A stretch of 60,426 nt of DNA from Acholeplasmataceae bacterium (GTDB lineage Bacteria > Bacillota_I > Bacilli_A > ML615J-28 > CAG-698), in contig JAAYBG010000025.1 in assembly GCA_012718985.1 (NCBI GenBank), positions 1 through 60,426 of the forward strand, written 5' to 3'. The translations under genes and the position numbers were made by a program. Below the pieces are notes generated by a model. The model did not search any database. It had not been told where the DNA came from and saw only the letters and a list, made by a program, of their open reading frames with translations. Shown here piece after piece: positions 8,710-19,324 of this stretch. The first letter of the stretch is position 1. Every line of letters starts with the position of its first letter.

Positions 8710-11230
8710 ATATATCGTATTTAGAAATAATTTCTGCTGGTGTTTTTCTTAAAAGTTTCCCTATTGGTAATAGTCCTACTGCAAAGTTAACTGCCCAAAT
8801 AAACACCAAGGCAAGGATTGCCAAAAACCAATTGTAACTAATAAATGATGAAAAAATTAATTTTTTTGAGAGCTTACTCAAAATAATTGATCCTAAAACA
8901 TATCCTATCATCGAACTAACCAATGTGAGCAATAAAACTTCCGAAACAAAAGTTTTATAAATATCCACTTTTTTAATTCCCAAAGCACGATAAACACCAA
9001 TCTCGTAGATTCTCGTTATCAACCTTGAACGCATTAAAAAGTATAAAAAGATTAGCGATGTTACTACCATAATGATAGAGAAAATCAATAATGTTGTTGT
9101 TGTCCTTGTTTTCGTTGCCATATAACTTTCAAAATCGTTTTGATAATTATCAACAAAAACCAAGGATTTCTCTTCCAAGTATTGCTTTGCTCGTTCTTTG
9201 TCATCAGTTAGAAAAGAAACAGTTCCTGCTGAAGAGTAGATATCTAAAATCATAGATTCGACATTTTCTACAACAACTAAAGCCCCATTCTTCGCTTCAT
9301 ATGTGCCAACAATCGTATATTCAACTTGGTCATCAGCGGAAAATTTAATTTTATCTTTATTCCCTGTTAAGCTATTTTTAACTGCTTCGTAATAGTCATC
9401 TCGAAGAAGTATTTCTTTATCTTTTAATTCAAGCCCTTTAGTTGTGTGTGTGCTTCCTATGAGAGTTTTATATTCAGCAATATCTAAATTATTTAAATAA
9501 TTTACTATATATAAACTTGTTGTTGGAAAATCAACCTTTCCTCCCACCGAATACAATTTATCATAAATTTTTAAATTTTGAATTGCCAGCAAGTTTATTA
9601 AGTCATCATCTGCATAAATATTAGGATTATTTGTATCAGTTATTCCTACTATTTTACCAACATCTACTCCCGATTTTGTGCAAGTCAACCCTAAATATTT
9701 TTTATAGTCTTCTTTTTTGCTTACACTTCCCCCTGCTTGAAGAAGCATATTATAACCAAAGATATCCTTTGCAGTGAGATTATCAATAATCCATTTATCA
9801 ATGACAATTCCTTCCTCGCCTTCCAATTGATAAATATAATCTTTTTCTTTCAACAATTCTTGAGAAACCGTATTATAAGAATATACATGAAACATTGTAT
9901 CTGTTGTCTGTTCATAAAGATCAAATCTAAACGAATCTATTGTTTGACCATATCCGCCACTGTAAAACCGTTCTACTTGTAATTCTGTTTGCATTTCAAG
10001 AAGTTCCCCAATAGTTAATTTTTTATCGGAAACGACTTCTACCATTCGTCGATCACTATTTAAAAATTCCCCTTCATTAACTTCGGTTGCTTTTGAAAAT
10101 GTAGCAAAAGAAAGCACTACTAGTATCGCCGACAAAAACATTGTGAATAGCAATAATTTTTGTTTGGCTTGTAAGGTATTTAGGTATGAAAATGCCATTT
10201 TTAACGTGTCTTTTAGTTTTATAACATTACGGCTTTTTTGTTTTTTTAGTTTAGGCAAATGATACTCAAAATTTTCCAACGTTTTTTTAGTAATAACCGG
10301 TTTATAAGTATCCTGAATTTTAATTTCATCGTTTTCTTCAATAAATTTAATTGGAATATTCTTATCATCACTTGCGATATAAAAAGTATTATTATGAAAA
10401 ATTACATTCAGTTTTAACTGTTCCTTTTTTTCTTGAAAAAAGTAATTAATATTAACATCACGATAACGAATTTCTTCCTTGTTATATTCTTTCAAGTAAA
10501 TATTTCGGTCTTGATTCGCTATTAGTTCTGTCAGGTTTCCTGTTTTATTATCCCGATCGTTGACAATTTTACCATCTAAAATTTCAATAATCCGATCTCC
10601 ATAAAACTCGGCTAATCTTCTTTCGTGTGTTACTAAAACTACCAAGCATTCTTCCGATATTTTTTTAATGATGTTCATAATTTGCGTCGTGTTTTTTTCA
10701 TCGAGATTTCCTGTCGGCTCATCGGCAATTACAACATCAGGACTTTTTACTAATGCTCTAGCAATAGCAACGCGCTGTTGTTGTCCCCCGGATAATTGCT
10801 TAGCTTTTCTCTTTTTATATTTTTCCATTCCAACTGCTTTTAAAGCATATTCTATTCTTGAAGCCGATTCCGTTATATCCACACCGAGCATCGTTAATAC
10901 AAGTTCTAAGTTTTTACCTACAGAAATATCTTCGATTAACCCATAATTTTGAAAGATATATCCTACTTTCTCACTTCTTATTTCATCCCATTTTTTTGCG
11001 TTATACTTTTCAATAACCACATCATTAAAAGTTATTGTTCCGCTTTCTACACTATCAAGTCCTCCAATGGCGTTTAGAAGTGTTGTTTTTCCACAGCCTG
11101 ATGGTCCATAAAAGCAAACTAACCCTTTTTCAGGTAAGGTTAATGTTACATTGTTAATTACGTGGATTTCATTGCTTTTCTTTTTATTATAATATTTGTT
11201 TACTTTGTTTAATTTAATCATCTTTTTCAC
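8708..11230 (-). CDS. fused ABC transporter ATP-binding/FtsX-type permease protein (MacB-like)
   Basis: N-terminal GPSGCGKTT Walker A, LSGGQQQRVAIARAL signature and VIADEPTGNLD Walker B. Then a TM helix, a large extracytoplasmic domain and a C-terminal FtsX-like TM bundle. Confidence 0.8.
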   Translation of the reverse strand: MKKMIKLNKVNKYYNKKKSNEIHVINNVTLTLPEKGLVCFYGPSGCGKTTLLNAIGGLDSVESGTITFNDVVIEKYNAKKWDEIRSEKVGYIFQNYGLIEDISVGKNLELVLTMLGVDITESASRIEYALKAVGMEKYKKRKAKQLSGGQQQRVAIARALVKSPDVVIADEPTGNLDEKNTTQIMNIIKKISEECLVVLVTHERRLAEFYGDRIIEILDGKIVNDRDNKTGNLTELIANQDRNIYLKEYNKEEIRYRDVNINYFFQEKKEQLKLNVIFHNNTFYIASDDKNIPIKFIEENDEIKIQDTYKPVITKKTLENFEYHLPKLKKQKSRNVIKLKDTLKMAFSYLNTLQAKQKLLLFTMFLSAILVVLSFATFSKATEVNEGEFLNSDRRMVEVVSDKKLTIGELLEMQTELQVERFYSGGYGQTIDSFRFDLYEQTTDTMFHVYSYNTVSQELLKEKDYIYQLEGEEGIVIDKWIIDNLTAKDIFGYNMLLQAGGSVSKKEDYKKYLGLTCTKSGVDVGKIVGITDTNNPNIYADDDLINLLAIQNLKIYDKLYSVGGKVDFPTTSLYIVNYLNNLDIAEYKTLIGSTHTTKGLELKDKEILLRDDYYEAVKNSLTGNKDKIKFSADDQVEYTIVGTYEAKNGALVVVENVESMILDIYSSAGTVSFLTDDKERAKQYLEEKSLVFVDNYQNDFESYMATKTRTTTTLLIFSIIMVVTSLIFLYFLMRSRLITRIYEIGVYRALGIKKVDIYKTFVSEVLLLTLVSSMIGYVLGSIILSKLSKKLIFSSFISYNWFLAILALVFIWAVNFAVGLLPIGKLLRKTPAEIISKYDI

Positions 11231-13387
11231 CTATTCGACTTTCAAATTAACTAGTAAAGAGTTTTTCATTAATAATTTATTGTATCTTCTTGCTATCAAA
11301 TAACCAAATAGCATATTGGCAATAAAAATAATAATATAATAATCCACCTTCAATGCATTTAAAAATGTTCTCGCAAATTCGCCTTCCATATTTCTTTGTA
11401 AGAGAACAAACGTAATGGCAACAATAATATATGAGAATAGAAAACATAACAAAATTTCTATTTGGCTCATTTTCCTAATACTATTCGCATCAATTCCTAT
11501 CGTCCTAAAAATAGTATAATCCTTTTTCTTACTTAACATAATCGTTTTAATCACAAGATAAGCAATGATATAAACAACAATAATAATGGGCGCAAACGCA
11601 AATATAGAATAAATAACTAAAATAATAGTCTCAAGCAATGAAAAACTACTACTATTATCATAAGGAGAAAATACATAATAACCCTTCAAATTCTCTATTT
11701 GACGGATTACCTCGTTATAGTAATCATGGGAACGAACATTTAGTGTTAATTGGTTTGTTTCTGTTGTGATATATAAAGCAGCCAATTCATCGCTGATATA
11801 GATTGTTGAATTATAATCTTCGGTATAAATAATCGTGACTTTTATATCATTAAAATAATAATTCGTTCCTTCTGTCCCAAAATTTCCTCGCGAAATTTTT
11901 ACTTGATTTCCCACCAAACTTGAATCGACAGTGGCATCTACGGAAAATTCAACTATTTCTCCTGAATTATCCGTATAGGTTATTTTATTTTTATTAATAT
12001 TAATGGAAAAATCTTCATAATAAGTGTCAAATATACTAGAAGAAACATACATGTAATTTAAATAGTCATCAAGATTTGGTTCGATAATTCCTGTTATAAC
12101 TACCTCAGTTAAATAGGTACTTGGGCCATAACTGTTTTTTCCTGGCGTCCCATATAAATATACGGTTTTTCCTAGCAGACTTTCCGCCTCTTTTTTTGTA
12201 AAGCTATTACAAACAATGACTTCATTATCTTTTGTTGGAAGCGTGCCGTATTTCAAGTCTTTTTGGCTGATTGTATCTAGTAAAAGGGGATAATATCTTT
12301 CCATTGAAAAGTTTATTTCCTTCTTTTCACTAAAATATATCGGTTGGTCTAAAATTACGCTATATTTTACAAGTGAATCAACATAACGTAAATTTGTAAA
12401 TGTTTCTATTTCTTCTGTTGTAAAATTATTTTGGTCTTTTTTTATTACGATTAATCTCTCTTCATAATTATTTGGAAAATAGTTGTTTGTCGATTCTCCG
12501 CGAAGAAATCCGCCAAATAATCCATCAACAGCAAAAAAAGACATAAAAACAAGAAATACTATTATCGTTACAGCTAGAGAAACCATCATAAGTAGTCCTG
12601 TTTTTTGCGGTTGTGATTTTAAATTTTTGTTGGCTAGAATTAGTGATTGGGGAATCCTTTTACGTTTTGCTTCAATCCTGAAATTTCTTGATTCTTCAAC
12701 ATCAATTTCCTTTTTTATTTCTTTGTCTTCAACAATTTCTCCATCAAATAAACGAATTATCCGATCAGCGTATATTTTTGTTTCTTCATAATTATGAGAT
12801 ACGACTATCACTAGCTTTTCTTTTGAAATTTCATATAATAATTCAAAGATTTGCTTTCCGCTTTTACTATCTAGGTTTCCAGTAGGCTCATCAGCAGCTA
12901 TGATGCTACTATCTTTAGCCAAGGCTCTGGCAATCGCTAACCTTTGCTTTTCTCCACCTGATAGTTTTGTTGCTTTATGGCGAACATGGTTAGTTAATCC
13001 TACTTTTTTTAATAAAGCTAAAGCTCTTTTCTTCCGTTCTTTTGCTTTTAGATTTTGAATAATTAATGCTGTTTCAACATTTTCTAAAACAGTATAGCTA
13101 TCGATAAGATTATAATTTTGGAAAATAAAGCCTACGCTTTTTCGCCGGTATTCTTCCCAATCGCTGTCATCAAAATAAGATGTTTCTTCACCATTAATAT
13201 ACATTTCACCTTCTTCATAGGTATCTATTCCACAAATTACATTCAACATTGTCGATTTTCCTGAACCGCTTTCGCCAGTCAAAACAATAAATCCTTTGTT
13301 TGGTAATTCTAGATTAACCTTTCTTAAACCTAAGGTAACCATTCCTTCACTATGATAATATTTAGAAATATTCTCTAGTTTTATCAT
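11231..13387 (-). CDS. fused ABC transporter ATP-binding/FtsX-type permease protein (MacB-like)
   Basis: GESGSGKST, LSGGEKQRLAIARAL and IAADEPTGNLD motifs with a C-terminal FtsX-like permease. Its stop abuts the start of the next gene. Confidence 0.8.
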   Translation of the reverse strand: MIKLENISKYYHSEGMVTLGLRKVNLELPNKGFIVLTGESGSGKSTMLNVICGIDTYEEGEMYINGEETSYFDDSDWEEYRRKSVGFIFQNYNLIDSYTVLENVETALIIQNLKAKERKKRALALLKKVGLTNHVRHKATKLSGGEKQRLAIARALAKDSSIIAADEPTGNLDSKSGKQIFELLYEISKEKLVIVVSHNYEETKIYADRIIRLFDGEIVEDKEIKKEIDVEESRNFRIEAKRKRIPQSLILANKNLKSQPQKTGLLMMVSLAVTIIVFLVFMSFFAVDGLFGGFLRGESTNNYFPNNYEERLIVIKKDQNNFTTEEIETFTNLRYVDSLVKYSVILDQPIYFSEKKEINFSMERYYPLLLDTISQKDLKYGTLPTKDNEVIVCNSFTKKEAESLLGKTVYLYGTPGKNSYGPSTYLTEVVITGIIEPNLDDYLNYMYVSSSIFDTYYEDFSININKNKITYTDNSGEIVEFSVDATVDSSLVGNQVKISRGNFGTEGTNYYFNDIKVTIIYTEDYNSTIYISDELAALYITTETNQLTLNVRSHDYYNEVIRQIENLKGYYVFSPYDNSSSFSLLETIILVIYSIFAFAPIIIVVYIIAYLVIKTIMLSKKKDYTIFRTIGIDANSIRKMSQIEILLCFLFSYIIVAITFVLLQRNMEGEFARTFLNALKVDYYIIIFIANMLFGYLIARRYNKLLMKNSLLVNLKVE

Positions 13388-13510
13388 ATATTTTCCTCCG
13401 AATTATGATTTATCATATCACAATTTATTGCTTATAGCAAATAGTGATTTATAAGAAAACAAAAAAGCTATTCACATTGAACTTAACCAATTTATATAGC
13501 TTTTTTTCTT

Positions 13511-14278
13511 TTACAAATTATTAAAATATTTAACCGATTTACGTAAATCTTCGCTACTTTTTACTTCTAAAACAACATATGCCTTATTTTTTTCTGCTTC
13601 CCTTTTGAACTTGCTAATATCGATTGTTCCTTCCCCCAGAGCTAAATGACAAGTTTTACGATTTCCATCATGGATATGATATTCTTTAAATTTGATTGGC
13701 GTGGTTTGTAATACTTTTTGAAGTCGGTCTCCATCATTATTATCGTGTCCAATATCATAATTGAAATCAAATCCTTCTTTCCATAGTTCTACGTATGTTT
13801 TTTGAATGTGATGAGGAACATATACATTTTCTAACACTAAATCCATATGATTGCGCTCGCATATTTCTCGAGCTTGATGGAGCCTTTGTTTGATATTTTC
13901 AATATAAGTAGTATATTCCTTTTCATATATATAGTTCTTTTGACCAGAAATTGTTACAATAGGACCTTCATTTATATGAATATTGATCAGTTTGATTTTT
14001 GCTTTTGCTCCTAAAGTCGCATATTTTTCTAATAACAACATATAAGCATCCACAACTTCTGGATAAGATGCAAAATCTGCTTCATCATAAAAATGTAAGG
14101 TCGCTTCTAAGTGATTTGTAATTAATAAATGATTTAATTCTTCAGGATTTTCTAATTGTTGGCGGCAATAACTGAAATTTAGATTCAATTCTATAAAATC
14201 TAACCCCAATGCTTTCGCCAATTCTATGTTTTCCAAAACCGAATTATATTCATATAATACTGGCATTCCAACTTTCAT
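13511..14278 (-). CDS. sugar phosphate isomerase/epimerase family (xylose isomerase-like TIM barrel) protein
   Basis: 255 aa with LGLDFIELN, LVLENV and HIHD-type motifs of the AP_endonuc_2/TIM-barrel family. Confidence 0.5.
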   Translation of the reverse strand: MKVGMPVLYEYNSVLENIELAKALGLDFIELNLNFSYCRQQLENPEELNHLLITNHLEATLHFYDEADFASYPEVVDAYMLLLEKYATLGAKAKIKLINIHINEGPIVTISGQKNYIYEKEYTTYIENIKQRLHQAREICERNHMDLVLENVYVPHHIQKTYVELWKEGFDFNYDIGHDNNDGDRLQKVLQTTPIKFKEYHIHDGNRKTCHLALGEGTIDISKFKREAEKNKAYVVLEVKSSEDLRKSVKYFNNL

Positions 14279-14286
14279 ACTTCGTC

Positions 14287-15453
14287 CTACTTTACTATTC
14301 TTATTCTAATAACATCAGCAATTTCTTCGATTAATTTATAAATCTCTAAAATATCCGCTCCATCGATATCTAAAATAGTATATGCAATATCTTTTAATGA
14401 TTTATTTGTCATATTAGCAATATTCCCTTTGTGAAGATTGATGACAGAGGTAAATTTATTAATCATGCCGGGAACGTTTTTATGATTTATCGTAATTCGG
14501 TTTTGCGAAGCACAAATTCCCGCATCAACATTTGGATAGTTGACTGAATTATTAATATTTCCATTTTCCAAATAATCTATTATTTGTCTTACTGCCATTT
14601 GCGCACAATTGTCTTCTGCTTCTCCAGTTGATGCCCCTAAATGAGGAATGGCAATTACATTCTTCATGTTCGCCGTTTTTGCATTAGGGAAATCCGTTAC
14701 ATAACGTTTTACTTTTCCCTCTTTGATTGCTTTTTCTAAATCATCATCATTGACAACTAAATCACGAGCAAAGTTTAACAAAACAACACCTTTTTTCATT
14801 AATGTAAAAGCTTTTTCGTTAATCATTCGCTTTGTTTCTTCCGTAAGAGGTACATGAAGGGTAATATAATCACATTCCTTATAAATATCCTCAATCTTCT
14901 TCACATAAATAATATCTCGTGATAAATGCATTGCATTATCGATGGAAAGAAATGGATCATATCCGTAAACATCCATTCCCAAATCAGCACAAGCGTTGGC
15001 TACTAAAACACCGATTACGCCAAGCCCGATTACTCCTATTTTCTTGTTCATGATTTCTGTTCCTGCAAACTTGTTTTTTTCTTTTTCAACAAGTTTATCA
15101 ATATCAAGAACATTTTTATTTTCGTTTACGAAACCAATGCCTCCTATAATATCACGGGCCGCCAATAACATTCCCGCTAGAACTAATTCTTTTACACCAT
15201 TTGCATTTGCTCCAGGAGTGTTAAAAACAACAACTCCTTGATTGGCAAACTTTTCTAAGGGAATATTGTTTACTCCAACGCCTGCTCTAGCAATGGCTAC
15301 TACTCGATTAGGGATTTTTAATTCGTGCATAGAAGCACTACGAACCAGAATAGCATCTGCATTATTCATGTCTTCAACTATTTGATAACTATCAGGAAAT
15401 AATTTCATTCCTTTTTCAGAAATATTATTCAAACATAAAATTTTTTTATTCAT
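14287..15453 (-). CDS. serA: D-3-phosphoglycerate dehydrogenase
   Basis: 2-hydroxyacid dehydrogenase motifs (GVIGLGVIG NAD site, HLGAST) plus a C-terminal ACT-like domain. Overlaps serC by 4 nt. Confidence 0.8.
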   Translation of the reverse strand: MNKKILCLNNISEKGMKLFPDSYQIVEDMNNADAILVRSASMHELKIPNRVVAIARAGVGVNNIPLEKFANQGVVVFNTPGANANGVKELVLAGMLLAARDIIGGIGFVNENKNVLDIDKLVEKEKNKFAGTEIMNKKIGVIGLGVIGVLVANACADLGMDVYGYDPFLSIDNAMHLSRDIIYVKKIEDIYKECDYITLHVPLTEETKRMINEKAFTLMKKGVVLLNFARDLVVNDDDLEKAIKEGKVKRYVTDFPNAKTANMKNVIAIPHLGASTGEAEDNCAQMAVRQIIDYLENGNINNSVNYPNVDAGICASQNRITINHKNVPGMINKFTSVINLHKGNIANMTNKSLKDIAYTILDIDGADILEIYKLIEEIADVIRIRIVK

Positions 15454-16532
15454 AGGTTTTCCTCTTCGAACTTCTTCATAAAAGCGACAAGGCTCTTTAC
15501 TCCTTCGATTGGCATAGCGTTATACAAACTTGCCCTCATGCCCCCAACCAAACGATGACCTTTTAAATTGATTAATCCTTGTGCTTTCGCTTCCTTAATA
15601 AATTTTTCATTTAATTCTTCTTTATCTGTAACAAAAGTAACATTCATAATAGAACGACTATCTTTTCTAACCGGAGACTTAAACATCTGACTTTGGTCTA
15701 AATAATCGTAGAGTATTTTTGCTTTCTCTTGATTTATTTTTGCTCTTTCAGATAATCCACCCCGATTAAGCAACCATTTAAACACTTTACCGCAAATATA
15801 TATCCCATATGCAGGTGGTGTATTATACAAAGATTTATTGTCACTGTGAATTTTATATCGCAGCATTGTTGGTGTAGAAGGATATACCACTTCCGTGATT
15901 AAATCCTCTCTGATAATGACAATAACGACTCCTGCAGGTCCCACATTCTTTTGTGCTCCAGCGAAAATTAATCCGTATTTGTTTACATCAACTGGTTCAG
16001 ATAAAAAACAAGAAGATTGATCAGAAACCAATACTTTTTCTTTTGTATTGGGAAGTTGCCAATATTTTGTTCCATAAATGGTATTGTTCTCACAAATATA
16101 AACATAATCAGCTTTTTCGCTCACGTTTAGATTGTTCACAGCGGGAATATAACTAAAGTTTTTGTCTTCGCTGCTCGCTATTACATTTGCTTTTCCATAT
16201 AACTTTGCTTCAGCATAAGCTTTTTTTGCCCAGACTCCCGTCAAGATATAATCTGCTTCTTTATTCTTCATCAGGTTCATGGGAATCATTGCAAATTGTT
16301 GACTTCCTCCCCCTTGTAAGAAAAGAACTTTATAATTGTTCGGAATATTCATTAATTTTCTTAAATTTTCTTCCGCTTCTTCTAATATCATCTCATAATC
16401 TTTGCTTCGATGACTCATTTCCATAACCGACATTCCGGTGTTTTTATAATTCAACATTTCTTCCGCGGCTTCTTTAAGCACCTCAACAGGTAACATTGCA
16501 GGCCCAGCAGAAAAATTATAGACTCTTTCCAT
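15450..16532 (-). CDS. serC: phosphoserine aminotransferase
   Basis: YNFSAGPAMLP N-terminus, QGGGSQQF, NTIYGT and KNVGPAGV motifs. Confidence 0.85.
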   Translation of the reverse strand: MERVYNFSAGPAMLPVEVLKEAAEEMLNYKNTGMSVMEMSHRSKDYEMILEEAEENLRKLMNIPNNYKVLFLQGGGSQQFAMIPMNLMKNKEADYILTGVWAKKAYAEAKLYGKANVIASSEDKNFSYIPAVNNLNVSEKADYVYICENNTIYGTKYWQLPNTKEKVLVSDQSSCFLSEPVDVNKYGLIFAGAQKNVGPAGVVIVIIREDLITEVVYPSTPTMLRYKIHSDNKSLYNTPPAYGIYICGKVFKWLLNRGGLSERAKINQEKAKILYDYLDQSQMFKSPVRKDSRSIMNVTFVTDKEELNEKFIKEAKAQGLINLKGHRLVGGMRASLYNAMPIEGVKSLVAFMKKFEEENL

Positions 16533-16563
16533 TTTTTTCTCCGTTTCTTCTTCATATAGTAAG

Positions 16564-16598
16564 GACAGCTATTTTCTTAATAGCTGTCTCTTTTTTTT
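16564..16598 (+). terminator. strong hairpin plus T-tract, oriented for the plus strand
   Basis: 10-bp stem GACAGCTATT / AATAGCTGTC with a 5-nt loop, followed by TCTTTTTTTT on the plus strand. On the minus strand the tract becomes a leading A-run. Confidence 0.5.
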
Positions 16599-18036
16599 AC
16601 TTTAAATATTGATAAATTGTTTGCACCATTACTCCAGTAGCACCATAAAATTCTTTGTAACCAGGAGAGGTATGGAATGCTGTACCAGCAATATCCAAAT
16701 GGAGCCATTTTGTTTTTTCTTCAATAAAATTTTCTATGAAGGCTGCTGCTCCGCTCGCCCCCATGTTTCTTCCTGTTGAGTTGGTAAGATCCGCAACTTT
16801 ACTAGAACGCACTTGTTTTTTAATATGCTCTGTGATTGGCAATTGCCAAGTGCTTTCCCCAGTCTTGAGAGATATTTCTAAGAATTTGTTTATTTTTTCT
16901 TGGTCGTTACCAAAAATTCCTGTCGTGTATTCCCCCAAAGCAACAACGCAAGCTCCTGTTAATGTTGCAATATCAATGACTTCTTTACTTCCCTCTTTTT
17001 GAGCGTAATAAACGGCATCGGCAAGCGTCAATCTTCCCTCTGCATCGGTTGATACGATTTCAATTGTTTTTCCATTCATCGCGGTAATAATATCATCTGG
17101 AAGTAGCGCTTCCCCATTGATACGATTGTCTGTTGCACAAATGACTACAAGCACGTTGACTTTCACTTCGTTTTTTACCAGGCTTTCAAGGACTCCAAGA
17201 ACGGTTGCCGCTCCTGCCATATCGCATTTCATGGTATTCATCGATGTTTTAATACTGTATCCACCAGTATCATACATAATTCCTTTGCCGACCAAAGCAA
17301 TTGGTTCTTTCCATTCCTCAAGACCTTGATATTTAATTGCTATTAATCTCGGTTCACAAGTTGAGCCCTTATTAACCGCCAGGAAAGCACCCATTTTTAA
17401 TGCTTCTATCTGCTTTTTATCAAATATTTGAATCGTCACTTTCTTGCTATCCAGTGTATTGACTAAATCTTGGGAATAGTTCGCTAATTCTATGGCAGAT
17501 AATGCATTATACGGCTTGTTCACTAAATCTCTCGTGTTATCGATTGCTACTGCGAGATTCATCGCTTCAATCGCCGTTTGTTTTATCTCGTGTTTTGTAA
17601 CCAATTCCCAACTAACATCGTTTTCTATCTTTTTGGAAAGAAATTCATCGTATTTGTAATTGTAATAATGAACATTTAGAATAAAATTAAATGCTGCTTC
17701 CTGAACATCAAGATTGCCGATAAAACTATCGAAATCGATAATAACCTCTTTCCCCAAAGCACTATTAATATTCTTAGTTGCCTCTTTCATTTTTTCTTGG
17801 GAATATTTTTCTTTTTCTCCTAAACCGATGATATAAATAACTTTGTTTTTTATTTTAGAAAGCGTTGTGATTTTATTTACTTCTCCAAGTTCCAATTTAA
17901 CAAGTTTGTTTTTAATTAATTCTTCAATATCATGATCAAGAAGATGATCAATTTCTACTTTTTGATCAATGAACAACCCCAATACCAACGGTTTTTCACT
18001 ATCGCTTTTTTGTGAGCATATATTTATATCTAGCAT
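16597..18036 (-). CDS. pepA: leucyl aminopeptidase (M17)
   Basis: VGKGIMYDTGGYSIK, MKCDMAGAA and STDAEGRLTLADA signatures. Confidence 0.85.
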   Translation of the reverse strand: MLDINICSQKSDSEKPLVLGLFIDQKVEIDHLLDHDIEELIKNKLVKLELGEVNKITTLSKIKNKVIYIIGLGEKEKYSQEKMKEATKNINSALGKEVIIDFDSFIGNLDVQEAAFNFILNVHYYNYKYDEFLSKKIENDVSWELVTKHEIKQTAIEAMNLAVAIDNTRDLVNKPYNALSAIELANYSQDLVNTLDSKKVTIQIFDKKQIEALKMGAFLAVNKGSTCEPRLIAIKYQGLEEWKEPIALVGKGIMYDTGGYSIKTSMNTMKCDMAGAATVLGVLESLVKNEVKVNVLVVICATDNRINGEALLPDDIITAMNGKTIEIVSTDAEGRLTLADAVYYAQKEGSKEVIDIATLTGACVVALGEYTTGIFGNDQEKINKFLEISLKTGESTWQLPITEHIKKQVRSSKVADLTNSTGRNMGASGAAAFIENFIEEKTKWLHLDIAGTAFHTSPGYKEFYGATGVMVQTIYQYLK

Positions 18037-18046
18037 ATTTCCTCCT

Positions 18047-19324
18047 CTATCTTATTATATCTACACCCATATATGGAATAAGCACTTCGGGTACTTTTAT
18101 TGACCCATCTGCTTGTTGATAATTTTCCATAATCGCCACCAATGTTCTTCCCACTGCTAAGCCTGAACCATTTAATGTATGAACATATTCCAACTTAGCA
18201 TCTTTATCGCGTTTTGTTTTAATATTTCCCCGACGAGCCTGATAGTCTTCCGCATTAGAAATACTACCAATTTCTCGATATGCATTTTGACTTGGTAACC
18301 AAACTTCAATATCGTATGTTTTAGCCATACCAAAGCCCATATCACCACTACAAAGAGAAACAACATGATAAGGCAATTTTAATTGTTTTAAAACTTCTTC
18401 TGAATCCAACAACATTTTTTCAAGCTCTTGATAAGAAGATTCAGCGGTTGTTAATTTGATTAATTCCACCTTATTAAATTGATGTGTTCTGATTAATCCC
18501 CGTGTGTCTCTTCCTGCACTACCTGCTTCGGAGCGAAAAGCCATCGTATAACTACAATGATAGATTGGTAATTTCTCGAAACTGATGATTTCGTTGCGAT
18601 ACATATTAATTGTCGGCACTTCCGCCGTCGGGTTTAAAAACCAATCTCCATTTCCGTTGCTTAATTTAAAGGCATCTTCTTCAAACTTTGGTAGTTGCCC
18701 TGTTGCTATCATACTTTCTCGATTTACGATATATGGAGGAATGATTTCTGTATAGCCGTGTTTATTGCTATGTAAATCCATCATAAATGCGATTAAAGAT
18801 CGCTCTAATCGCGCTCCTAATCCCTTATAAACAACAAATCTGCTTCCGGTAATCTTTGTTGCTCGTTCAAAATCAAGGATATCTAATTTTTCCCCTAATT
18901 CATAATGTGCTTTTGGTGTAAAATCAAATTTTGTTGGTGTTAAATATCTGCGTATTTCTACGTTTTCAGTTTCATCTTTGCCAATAGGAACTGATTCGTG
19001 GAGGATATTAGGTGTTATCAATAAAGAATAATTAATTTCTTTTTCTAAGCGATTCACCATTTCATCTAATGCGGCAATTTCTTCGCCGATATGAGCTACA
19101 CTTGCCAATACTTCCGTTGCATCTTTCTTTTCACGTTTCAATTGGCCGACTAACTTGCTTTTTTCGTTTCTTTCTTTTTTTAAGTTCTCCACTTTAATTA
19201 GCAACTCTCTTTTTTCTTCGTCCTTCGCCTTTACTTCGCGTAAATAACTGAAGTCTTTTTGTCTCGTTGCCAATTTTGTAATTATTTCTTCCACATTTTC
19301 TCTAATTAATTTAATGTCAATCAT
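18047..19324 (-). CDS. serS: seryl-tRNA synthetase
   Basis: MIDIKLIREN N-terminal coiled coil. Class II motifs (FRSEAGSAGRDTRGLIRTHQF, GSGLAVGRT). Confidence 0.9.
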   Translation of the reverse strand: MIDIKLIRENVEEIITKLATRQKDFSYLREVKAKDEEKRELLIKVENLKKERNEKSKLVGQLKREKKDATEVLASVAHIGEEIAALDEMVNRLEKEINYSLLITPNILHESVPIGKDETENVEIRRYLTPTKFDFTPKAHYELGEKLDILDFERATKITGSRFVVYKGLGARLERSLIAFMMDLHSNKHGYTEIIPPYIVNRESMIATGQLPKFEEDAFKLSNGNGDWFLNPTAEVPTINMYRNEIISFEKLPIYHCSYTMAFRSEAGSAGRDTRGLIRTHQFNKVELIKLTTAESSYQELEKMLLDSEEVLKQLKLPYHVVSLCSGDMGFGMAKTYDIEVWLPSQNAYREIGSISNAEDYQARRGNIKTKRDKDAKLEYVHTLNGSGLAVGRTLVAIMENYQQADGSIKVPEVLIPYMGVDIIR

